Below the pieces are notes generated by a model. That model saw only the letters and a program-made list of their open reading frames with translations. It did not search any database and was not told the DNA's origin. Positions 48,836 through 57,417 of a stretch of 64,000 bases of DNA are shown piece after piece. The stretch covers positions 58,851 through 122,850 of the forward strand of contig CAYTXV010000001.1 of assembly GCA_964441495.1 (NCBI GenBank), read 5' to 3'. The stretch comes from an uncultured Candidatus Saccharibacteria bacterium (GTDB taxonomy: Bacteria > Patescibacteriota > Minisyncoccia > Phycocordibacterales > UBA9973). The position numbers and the translations under genes were made by a program. Position 1 is the stretch's first letter; every line of letters starts with the position of its first letter.

Positions 48836-50575
48836 CTATAGTCCGTAGACCTCTTGCATGAGAACATCACCCTTGAGTGCCTTCAGGAGTGCATCCTCGC
48901 GCAGTGTCGTCATGCCTTTTGCTCGACATACTTTATAAATCTCTTGTTCTACTGGGTTTTTGAGGATCACTTGCTGGATATCCTTGTCAACCTCAAACAT
49001 TTCAAACACTGCAATACGGCCTCGTGTCATAGAGGGTGCCTCTGAAGATGGTTTGAACTCGTACATCTTGGTTGGGATATCGAGTGACGCTTTGGTTTGT
49101 GGATCGAGGTCTGCAAACTGCTGGTCGATAAATGCGCGTGTAGCTTCATCGATAGGTACCTCGTGACGCGCACTTGGATGCACTCGTCTGACGAGACGCT
49201 GCGCCATGGCAAGCACCAGTGTCGGCGCGATAAGGTATGGATCGATACCCATATCGACGAGACGTGGGACGATACCTATAGAGTTGTTGGTGTGAATCGT
49301 CGAGAGCACGATGTGGCCAGTGAGCGCTGCTTGGATTGCGAGCTCCGCAGTTTCTTTGTCGCGGATTTCTCCCACCATGATGATGTTGGGGTCCTGACGA
49401 AGGATAGAGCGGAGTCCTGCTGCAAATGTATAACCGATCTCGGGAAGCACTTGCGACTGGGTTACACCGGGTATTTGGTATTCGACCGGGTCTTCGAGTG
49501 AGACGACGTTAGCACTTTCGCGATCGATGTCATTGAGCATCGAGTAAAGGGTTGTTGATTTACCAGAACCTGTTGGCCCCGAGATGAGGATAAGTCCATA
49601 TGGACGTGTGAGTGCGCGACGAATCATCTCGCGCTGCTGTGGTGCCATATCGAGATCGTCGATCTTGCGGATACCGCGCTCAGAGTCGAGGATACGCATC
49701 ACGATCTTTTCACCAAAGTATGCAGGAAATGTCGATACACGAAACTCGATCTTGCGTCCTTCGATCATTGTAAAGAATGAGCCGTCTTGCGGTTTGCGCT
49801 TCTCGTCGAGACGGAGCTTGGAGAGGATCTTGACACGAGCAATGATACCGTCAAATGTGTTAAGTGGTAGTACAAGTGTCGTATGAAGCGTACCGTCAAC
49901 GCGATAGCGAACTTTGACCTGTTCCCCGTTGTTTTCGATGTGGATGTCAGATGCACCACCTTCAACTGCGTGGTTGATGATGACTGAAACGATTTTGATG
50001 ATTGGTGCGTCTTCGACGATCTTTGCATCTCCTGCTTTTGTAGCGTCTTTGATGATATCTCCCTTGCCTTGGGCGACTTCTTTGTTGGCACGCTCAAGCT
50101 CATCGTTGAGGTCATCAACCGCTTTTTCGACTTCGGTGCTGACACCTTTGTACACTTCGATAGCCTGGAGATAGTCACTATGTGAGATGAGAAATACCTT
50201 AAACGGAACAGAAAGTTTGACGGAGATGAATTGAAGCGCATTCATCGCTTCGATGTTTTCGGGTTCAGTTACTCCAATCGAAAGCACGCCATCTGCAAAT
50301 CCTATCGGAACAAATTTGTAGTGTGTTGCAGCGCTCTCTTCGATGTATTTGACGATGTCAGGTGTGAGCGCGTGAACATTTACCTTTTGATATGGGATCT
50401 TATAAAATTCAGCCTTTGCGGCAGTGATAGCGTCTTCGGAAATACCTACAGAAAGAAGCGCTCTGGTGAGATCACCAGCAAACTCGGTATCGAGTGTTGT
50501 CATCACTTTGTTGTACTGCAACTCAGTGATGGTGTTTTGTGAGAGGAGAAAGTCGAGAAACATGTTACCGAGCAA
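48836..50575 (-). CDS. pilB: type IV pilus assembly ATPase PilB (GspE family)
   Basis: N-terminal GSPII domain, Walker A GPTGSGKST, tetracysteine-less variant. Confidence 0.9.
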   Translation of the reverse strand: MLGNMFLDFLLSQNTITELQYNKVMTTLDTEFAGDLTRALLSVGISEDAITAAKAEFYKIPYQKVNVHALTPDIVKYIEESAATHYKFVPIGFADGVLSIGVTEPENIEAMNALQFISVKLSVPFKVFLISHSDYLQAIEVYKGVSTEVEKAVDDLNDELERANKEVAQGKGDIIKDATKAGDAKIVEDAPIIKIVSVIINHAVEGGASDIHIENNGEQVKVRYRVDGTLHTTLVLPLNTFDGIIARVKILSKLRLDEKRKPQDGSFFTMIEGRKIEFRVSTFPAYFGEKIVMRILDSERGIRKIDDLDMAPQQREMIRRALTRPYGLILISGPTGSGKSTTLYSMLNDIDRESANVVSLEDPVEYQIPGVTQSQVLPEIGYTFAAGLRSILRQDPNIIMVGEIRDKETAELAIQAALTGHIVLSTIHTNNSIGIVPRLVDMGIDPYLIAPTLVLAMAQRLVRRVHPSARHEVPIDEATRAFIDQQFADLDPQTKASLDIPTKMYEFKPSSEAPSMTRGRIAVFEMFEVDKDIQQVILKNPVEQEIYKVCRAKGMTTLREDALLKALKGDVLMQEVYGL

Positions 50576-51224
50576 GTGTGGTAAATGTCATGATGTTCCC
50601 AGGAACAGTGATCGACCCTTGTGCAAGCACAGCGCGTACATAGTATGTCGTTGCGGGAGCAAGATCGGTAACCCGGTACAACACCGTACCGTTTTTGCCC
50701 AGTGGTACTGGTGCTGTTGCAGAACCAAGGAGGTCGTTTGTGCCGTACTCAAACACAACAGTTGCGGTTTCTGCATTGCTCAGTATGCCTTGTGCACCAA
50801 ACTCTGCGGTTGTTGCAGTAACCTTTGCTGGCTGAATCGTATCAAACTGTACCTGTGTTACTGGCGCAATCCCACTGATCGCACCAGAGTCCACACCAAT
50901 CGGCGCAAATGGGTTTGGGCGACCTTTGGTATCTACCCCGAGTGTGATGGGGTAATCACGAAGCGCTCGATATGCGCTATTTGTAAAGAGAGTCGTATCG
51001 ATACTGATACTGCTGATAGTTGAGAGTAGTATCGAAAACTCACTTGGCGCACTACTTGCTTGCGGTATCGGCACTCCTGCTGCACGCTCTACAGAAGACG
51101 CAATACCACTACTGTTTGCAGGACTTGAAGGTTGACTACCTGATCCACCTAGAAAAGTTACTCCTGCAATGATTGCAGCAAGCACGATCCCGACGATAGC
51201 AAAGATTTTGACTTTTTTACTCAT
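50565..51224 (-). CDS. secreted pilus-associated hypothetical protein (Ser/Ala-rich, Ig/FN3-like C-terminus)
   Basis: Signal anchor, low-complexity region, TYYVRAVLAQGSITVPGNIMTFTT beta-rich end; in the PilP position. Confidence 0.4.
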   Translation of the reverse strand: MSKKVKIFAIVGIVLAAIIAGVTFLGGSGSQPSSPANSSGIASSVERAAGVPIPQASSAPSEFSILLSTISSISIDTTLFTNSAYRALRDYPITLGVDTKGRPNPFAPIGVDSGAISGIAPVTQVQFDTIQPAKVTATTAEFGAQGILSNAETATVVFEYGTNDLLGSATAPVPLGKNGTVLYRVTDLAPATTYYVRAVLAQGSITVPGNIMTFTTLAR

Positions 51225-51225
51225 A

Positions 51226-51798
51226 CTATTGTTTTAACCAATACGTTTTTAATGTGACCTTGTACGCCATACTGGTCGCAGCACTCTGTTGGACACCCTG
51301 ATTTGCGGGTGCAAACTCTATGTTCGTAACATCCACAAGGCGAAGGTTCTGTTCGAGATCAGAGAGAAATGCAAGAAAGTTTTTGTATTGCCCAGAGATT
51401 TGGAACGAGATGACGAACTCTCCATATGGACGCTTTGGAGCTGCTGGGTCTTGCACACCTGTCGTACTTGCACCTTGATCTGTTTGATAGTCAACATTTC
51501 GAAGCGAAGAAAGTCCGTTCTTTTTGGCGAGAGAATCAATCTGAATGATGAGTCTGATGTTATCGACAGAGTCTGGAAGGAGTGTCTTCAGGTTGTCGAG
51601 ATCAGTTTTGCTGATACTGTTGTACCTGAGCAATAGTTCGTCACGAGATCGTGCAAGCTTTGCTGCGGTTTCGAGGTTTGCTTGTGCGGTTGCAAGTGCC
51701 TGGCGATTTTCTTGCAATGTATCGTACTCAGGTTTGATGAGCACGATAAATGTCGTAATCGATACCGCTATGAGAAGTAGTGAGAAAAAGTATTTCAT
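51226..51798 (-). CDS. pilO: pilus assembly protein PilO-like
   Basis: Single N-terminal TM, coiled coil, 190 aa, operon position. Confidence 0.6.
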   Translation of the reverse strand: MKYFFSLLLIAVSITTFIVLIKPEYDTLQENRQALATAQANLETAAKLARSRDELLLRYNSISKTDLDNLKTLLPDSVDNIRLIIQIDSLAKKNGLSSLRNVDYQTDQGASTTGVQDPAAPKRPYGEFVISFQISGQYKNFLAFLSDLEQNLRLVDVTNIEFAPANQGVQQSAATSMAYKVTLKTYWLKQ

Positions 51799-52439
51799 AT
51801 ATTTGTTACAGCACCCTGACGTCCGAGGCTTGCGATAAATGCTTCATATGACAAAGACGCGGGATTGACGTCAAATGTCAGCTTGAAGTTAACATCATTA
51901 GTCTTTTCATCGATGGTGAGATTTGAAAAGACAGGGTTTTTTATAAGTGTGTTTTGTGTAAATGAGTCAGACTGAAGCGCAATGGTTGCATACGCTTTTG
52001 CGGTTCCGGTCAAAGTAACACGAACAACTGTTTCTTTGGTTGATTGATCGGGGGCAAATGCATAACTAAACGTTTTGTACTGAACCGACCGAAGTGTTGT
52101 TTGTTCGAGTGCTGCAAAGATAGGAGAGACAACGATATGGCTACCGATTGTTTGTTTTGCTGCATTGATACGAGCATCGAGTCGCTTCATGTCTGCGAGA
52201 AACTCTGTGCCGATACCTTTGCGAGCTTCGTTGATCTGTAGATCAGCTTTTTGTTTCTGAGCGAGCACGTTTTTTTGATAGAGGCGCACACCAACATATG
52301 AAACCCCGGCTGCAAGCACTGCTACAAACGCAAGAAGTGACAAGATCCCAACCACATGCGATTTTGGGCGCGGTGCAGACACAGGCTCAGTGCTTACTGG
52401 GCGCTTTGGGATAAACGATGTCGGCATCATTGGTTCCAT
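51795..52439 (-). CDS. pilN: pilus assembly protein PilN-like
   Basis: Single TM plus coiled coil, 214 aa, downstream of pilM. Confidence 0.6.
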   Translation of the reverse strand: MEPMMPTSFIPKRPVSTEPVSAPRPKSHVVGILSLLAFVAVLAAGVSYVGVRLYQKNVLAQKQKADLQINEARKGIGTEFLADMKRLDARINAAKQTIGSHIVVSPIFAALEQTTLRSVQYKTFSYAFAPDQSTKETVVRVTLTGTAKAYATIALQSDSFTQNTLIKNPVFSNLTIDEKTNDVNFKLTFDVNPASLSYEAFIASLGRQGAVTNI

Positions 52440-52503
52440 TGATGCATCAAGTATACAAGGAGTGCTTGTATAGATGCAATAGTGTTTTGCACAGATTGCT
52501 TAC

Positions 52504-53634
52504 TTATTGAAACTTTTTGAGTGCAAGTCCAAGTGCAATCGAAAACTCTGGGCCCGTTGTCTTGAGTACACCCGCGAGAAACACTGGTGCATCTACTTTT
52601 GCAAACGGGTCTGCGATAGTGAGCTCAGCGGCAAAGCTCTCTCGTGCGTATTCGAGTAGTCCCTTGGTCATCGCACCACCTCCTGTAAAGATGATTTTGC
52701 CAATGTTTTTGTTGTAGCGCTTTTCGTATGCGAGGATGTTGGTATTTGCTTCTTGAAAGATAGTCGCAAATTGCGTCTTCATGATATCTGCAACCGTGGG
52801 GTGCTCCGGAGACGGGATAAGGCCAAACTGCTTTTTGTATTCTTCTGCTTTTTGAAAATTGGTTTCGAGTGCGTGCGCGATCGCAGTGGTCATATCATGA
52901 CTTCCTCGATTGACGAGGCGGAACGTCTCGACGATACCATGCTCAACGATAGTAAGTTTCGTCTTTGATGCACCGATATCGATGATAAGCACTGGGAACA
53001 GCTCACGGGTAAGTACTGATCTGATATGACTAAAGATCTCGATCTCAAGTGAGTCTGTCGGGAGTCCTGCTTTTTGCATGACCTCAGTGTATTTGATAAG
53101 TGTCTCGTTAAGTGTTGCAACAACAAGCACTGACATAGTTGCTTCCCCACCACTTTCTGCAACAACTCGAGATGCGACACCTGAGTCCTCACGTCGTGGG
53201 ATGACATACCAGTCAAGCGAGACGTCTTCGATAGGAACAGGGATAAACTTTTTGGATTCTGTCGGGATCACTTGTGGCAAGCTTGCCTCTTCGACAGCTG
53301 CAGGAAGCTGCAAGATGAAAATAATACATGAGATCGACGGGATACCGACCACAACGTTTTTGCTCTGAATGTTTGTTTCTTTGAGTGCATCAAGAAGTGC
53401 TTTGGTTGTAGTATCGACATCAAGCGAAACAATCTCGCCAAGCGCGCCACCTTCTTTGTACTGTCCAAGTGAAAGTGCGCCGTATGTCGAAAGGATTGCG
53501 CGACCGTTTTCACGTTTGAGTTCAACCACCTTGATCGATGATGAACCGATGTCGATGCCGACTGCTGTGTTGTCTTGCGCCTTGCCAAAGATACCACTGA
53601 GTGCGGATTTGAGACTACCGAGTATACTGTCCAT
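52504..53634 (-). CDS. pilM: type IV pilus assembly protein PilM (actin-like ATPase)
   Basis: VGIDIGSSSIKVVEL...GGGA motifs of the FtsA/PilM family. Confidence 0.85.
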   Translation of the reverse strand: MDSILGSLKSALSGIFGKAQDNTAVGIDIGSSSIKVVELKRENGRAILSTYGALSLGQYKEGGALGEIVSLDVDTTTKALLDALKETNIQSKNVVVGIPSISCIIFILQLPAAVEEASLPQVIPTESKKFIPVPIEDVSLDWYVIPRREDSGVASRVVAESGGEATMSVLVVATLNETLIKYTEVMQKAGLPTDSLEIEIFSHIRSVLTRELFPVLIIDIGASKTKLTIVEHGIVETFRLVNRGSHDMTTAIAHALETNFQKAEEYKKQFGLIPSPEHPTVADIMKTQFATIFQEANTNILAYEKRYNKNIGKIIFTGGGAMTKGLLEYARESFAAELTIADPFAKVDAPVFLAGVLKTTGPEFSIALGLALKKFQ

Positions 53635-53669
53635 ATAGCTCTAGTATAAAGCATATCTGGATATTTCCT

Positions 53670-54290
53670 ATGGGGTCATGGATTGGGCAACTTTTGTTCC
53701 CCGAACACTGTAGTGTCTGTGGTCGTCCTGGAAGCGCGCTGTGTGGTGCGTGTATCTCGCAGCTCCCACCTGCCCCCAGGCTTCCTGCTCCAGATATCGC
53801 GCTCTACCACTACAGGACCCGTATCGTTTGGAAAGCTATCTGGGAGCTCAAGTACTATAGAAAGAGCGAGGTAGCTCGAGCACTTGCGCGCGCAGCAGTC
53901 CCTAGGATCACGGCACTCCTTGCCGATCACAAAACTATCGCCCTCGTCCCTATACCAGGAAGTCCGAAACGGTTTCGTGAGCGTGGCTACAACCAATCTG
54001 CACTCCTTGCTCTATGGTGGTGCAAGCATATCAAGCATGCGCGTGTACAACACCTCCTCTACAAATCACGATTTACACTTCCCCAAGCACGCTGCGGCAA
54101 ACATGAACGCCTCACCAATGTGAAAGACTCGATGCGCTGCACGAGAGCGCTCGATCCACACACAACATACATCATCATCGACGACGTGATAACGACCGGT
54201 GCAACTATCGCCGAAGCACGCCGCGCGCTCACCGAGCGCGGTGCCCAGCGCATCATCGCCCTTGCCCTTGCGCATGGGTATAAGCGATGA
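53670..54290 (+). CDS. comFC: ComF family protein (phosphoribosyltransferase domain)
   Basis: N-terminal CxxC...CxxC, C-terminal IIDDVITTGATI PRTase motif; divergent from pilM. Confidence 0.8.
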   Translation: MGSWIGQLLFPEHCSVCGRPGSALCGACISQLPPAPRLPAPDIALYHYRTRIVWKAIWELKYYRKSEVARALARAAVPRITALLADHKTIALVPIPGSPKRFRERGYNQSALLALWWCKHIKHARVQHLLYKSRFTLPQARCGKHERLTNVKDSMRCTRALDPHTTYIIIDDVITTGATIAEARRALTERGAQRIIALALAHGYKR

Positions 54291-54326
54291 ATTTATAAAG
54301 AAAAAACCCGAGCGATAGCTCAGGTT

Positions 54327-54827
54327 TCATGTACGTAACGGTTTGGTGATGAGTAACTGATCAAACACTTCTTGCAAAGAACTGCCAGAAACTTCTACAA
54401 CACGTTCGCCAGGTATATCTCCAAGCGAAGTAAGTTTGTGTGTCTGATAGGTGACTTTAAGCAGCTCACCATCAAGATTGATCTGTGTGAAGCTGTTAGA
54501 CAAAAACATGTCTTCTTGTGTCGTAGTAATAGGAGATACGGGTTTGTATACCTGATCAGCTTGCTCTTTGAGTCTCGGAAGATCAAGTACTTTTGCAACA
54601 AGGCATACTAGTGCGTGACGAACACCAGCTGTCCACTCAAAACGAGCGATTTCTGCATCATCTACTACATACGAAACCACAAATACTTTGTAGCGATCTC
54701 CGATAAGGATACTTCCCCCTTTACGTAATACTTGTTTTATTTGATTGTCGATATTCATGCTGATAGTGCTATTTGAGGCAATCCTATAGCTTTTTGAAAA
54801 AAAAGCAATCTGTTCCATAATAGGCAC
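54327..54827 (-). CDS. hypothetical protein
   Basis: 166 aa, no family recognised. Confidence 0.4.
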   Translation of the reverse strand: MPIMEQIAFFSKSYRIASNSTISMNIDNQIKQVLRKGGSILIGDRYKVFVVSYVVDDAEIARFEWTAGVRHALVCLVAKVLDLPRLKEQADQVYKPVSPITTTQEDMFLSNSFTQINLDGELLKVTYQTHKLTSLGDIPGERVVEVSGSSLQEVFDQLLITKPLRT

Positions 54828-56114
54828 ATGAGCGACAGCTACACCCTATATAGTCTGGTCAAAAACCAAAACTTCTCAGTGTCGACGGACACCAGGACCA
54901 TTGCTCAGGGAGATATTTTTTTTGCACTTCAGGGAGACTCGTTTAATGGAAATGCCTATGCGCAAGAAGCCCTTGATAAGGGTGCTTCTTGGGTAATCGT
55001 TGACGATGCAAATTATAAAATAAATGATTCCTGTATCGTTGTTCAAGATACACTTCGCGCACTTCAAGATATCGCACATATTCATCGAAAAACATTTACT
55101 ATTCCTGTTATTGTTGTTGGTGGTTCTAATGGTAAAACAACGACCAAAGAACTCATCGCTGCCACCCTTTCACAAAAGTACACAGTCCACACAACAAAAG
55201 ATAACCTCAACAACCATATCGGTGTTCCGTTAACCTTGCTTGGTATACGAGAACAAACACAAATAGCACTCATTGAAATTGGGGCAAACCACCCACACGA
55301 ACATACGAACCTGCTGGAAATTGTCGAACCCACACATGTACTAGTAACAAACAATGGTGCGGATCATTTAGAAGGATTCGGAACTCTTGAAGGTGTCCGC
55401 AAGGCAAATGCTGAAATATATGAATGGGCAAAAAAGAATACTGCTGTGATATTTGTGAACAAGACGTTGTCTGACTTGGTACAAGACAGCACCTCACCTG
55501 AACAATATTTATATCCGACAAAACAATGGATGAGTACTTCTGAGTTATTTGCATCAGGCATATATGATAGTATTCCTATTTATTCACAACTTTTTGGTAC
55601 ATACAACGAAGACAATATGCTTGCTGCCATCAGTTTAGGGGAATACTTTGGTGTAGATATAGCTCACATCAAAAAATCTCTCGAAGAATACGTTCCATCC
55701 CTCAAACGATCTCAGATCATCAAACAAGGTAGCACTACCGTTATCCTTGATTGTTACAACGCCAACCCTTCAAGTATGAAACTTGCGCTGCAAGATTTTG
55801 TTTCTTCATCAGTACCAGGAAAAAGGGTGCTTATACTTGGCGATATGCTAGAAATGGGAGATGTCGAAGCAGATGTTCACAAAGAGATATTGGAGTTTGT
55901 ACAAAAGTCTCAAGACCCAAACGATAGAGTGATTTGTGTTGGACCGAGATTTGGTATGTATAAAGATATGTACACATTTTCATTTTTCTCAGACTCGATT
56001 ACTGCACGAGCATATGTCAACACACTTGATTTAGATGATATGTATGTTTTCCTAAAAGCATCGAGAGGTATCAAACTTGAAGAAGTGATAAAAGAAAAAT
56101 TTCTCCTTAATTAA
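54828..56114 (+). CDS. murF: UDP-N-acetylmuramoyl-tripeptide--D-alanyl-D-alanine ligase
   Basis: VVGGSNGKTTTKEL P-loop, Mur ligase middle and C-terminal domains. Confidence 0.9.
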   Translation: MSDSYTLYSLVKNQNFSVSTDTRTIAQGDIFFALQGDSFNGNAYAQEALDKGASWVIVDDANYKINDSCIVVQDTLRALQDIAHIHRKTFTIPVIVVGGSNGKTTTKELIAATLSQKYTVHTTKDNLNNHIGVPLTLLGIREQTQIALIEIGANHPHEHTNLLEIVEPTHVLVTNNGADHLEGFGTLEGVRKANAEIYEWAKKNTAVIFVNKTLSDLVQDSTSPEQYLYPTKQWMSTSELFASGIYDSIPIYSQLFGTYNEDNMLAAISLGEYFGVDIAHIKKSLEEYVPSLKRSQIIKQGSTTVILDCYNANPSSMKLALQDFVSSSVPGKRVLILGDMLEMGDVEADVHKEILEFVQKSQDPNDRVICVGPRFGMYKDMYTFSFFSDSITARAYVNTLDLDDMYVFLKASRGIKLEEVIKEKFLLN

Positions 56115-56135
56115 GGAGAAATTGTACTGCTACTG

Positions 56136-56357
56136 TTAGGCTACCGCTGAATCTTCTTCTGGATGATTTCCTGGAATATCACACACAGGTTGACCAGAAA
56201 GATTTAATCCGACTGCAAGTTCTTTACAGAAGGAACACTCTACCTCTCTTTTTTGTATTTTTTCCAAAAGTTTGATAGCTTCATTGTTTTCAGCCCAAAA
56301 ACTTTGAGCTCCAGAAGATTGGGTTAAGCCCGTGCTTGGGTTTGCATAAACTATCAT
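56136..56357 (-). CDS. small hypothetical protein with CxxC...C
   Basis: 73 aa; weak. Confidence 0.25.
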   Translation of the reverse strand: MIVYANPSTGLTQSSGAQSFWAENNEAIKLLEKIQKREVECSFCKELAVGLNLSGQPVCDIPGNHPEEDSAVA

Positions 56358-56451
56358 AAAATATTTAGTTTAGTTTTTTTCATTATATACCATATATTTT
56401 CGCGCTTTCAAATCTTTATATAAAAACACCCCCAAAGCTTCATAGAGGGTG

Positions 56452-56757
56452 TTAAATGATAATTTCTTCCAAAACTCGATGCCTCTGCTTTACCTGTTCT
56501 TCTGATGGGGAATTTTCAGTAATTAATGCGTGTCCGTATTTTACAAACATATTTCCAATATACATTTCTTCATAAATAAGCATCTTGGAAACATTTGCAC
56601 TTTTTAGAATCTGCAAGAAATTTTGCCAATCTTCATGTTCAGCATATGAAACACTTTTTGGATATTGTTTCTGAAAAATTCGAATCGAAAGCTTGAGGTA
56701 GTTTTGAAAGTAAGGCTTAGTATAAATTAAATGCATAGACTTACTTTTACTCCTCAT
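56452..56757 (-). CDS. hypothetical protein (AT-rich islet)
   Basis: About 100 aa from MRSKSKS; overlaps the upstream ORF by 11 nt in a different frame. Confidence 0.3.
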   Translation of the reverse strand: MRSKSKSMHLIYTKPYFQNYLKLSIRIFQKQYPKSVSYAEHEDWQNFLQILKSANVSKMLIYEEMYIGNMFVKYGHALITENSPSEEQVKQRHRVLEEIII

Positions 56758-57370
56758 CAAACTGATGCAGATACTTCCATTCAAGAAATTTGGTAAACAG
56801 ATTCATCTGATGTTGTGTTCTTTTGAGGAATTTTTTCCTGAAAGGATCATTGAGAAATTCTTGTGGCATTGCAAACAAGCCAGGCACCCCTTTGTCACAT
56901 ATGAGCGCCTTTATCCCCCAATGTTTTTTGAGCGCCTCATCGAGTTCAAGCGAGGTAAGCAAACTACTTCCCTGAGCAAGAACTATATCCATTTCAAGAT
57001 GTTCTTCAAAATATGGATGCCTTACAAAATTAAATTCTGTAATTAACTCTTTTGCTTTTGAAAAATTTTTGAAAGGATCTCCTGATACTGTTTCCAACCT
57101 CGGGGTTTTTCCCTCAAGATGAAAAACTGTGTTGTGAATTAGTTCTATCTGAACATACGGGTAGAACAACCTAAACGTGTCCACTTTTTTGTACGGAGGA
57201 CAGTGCCCTTCACAAGACATCACTGTTTGGAATCCATGACACTGCAATAATGCTACTGTGTCTTCAATTTTTGGATCAAGAACTACTTCCCAATCCTCAC
57301 TATGTTTCTTGGTGACAGCAACTGAAAGATCGAGTTTTGATCGTAAATATTCTTTTTTTAACTTTTTCAT
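56747..57370 (-). CDS. hypothetical protein with CHGFQTVMSCEGHC motif (AT-rich islet)
   Basis: 207 aa, no family recognised. Confidence 0.4.
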   Translation of the reverse strand: MKKLKKEYLRSKLDLSVAVTKKHSEDWEVVLDPKIEDTVALLQCHGFQTVMSCEGHCPPYKKVDTFRLFYPYVQIELIHNTVFHLEGKTPRLETVSGDPFKNFSKAKELITEFNFVRHPYFEEHLEMDIVLAQGSSLLTSLELDEALKKHWGIKALICDKGVPGLFAMPQEFLNDPFRKKFLKRTQHQMNLFTKFLEWKYLHQFDEE

Positions 57371-57417
57371 TTTGTATAGTTTTTCACACTATACACTTAT
57401 TTATATAAAAGTCAATA

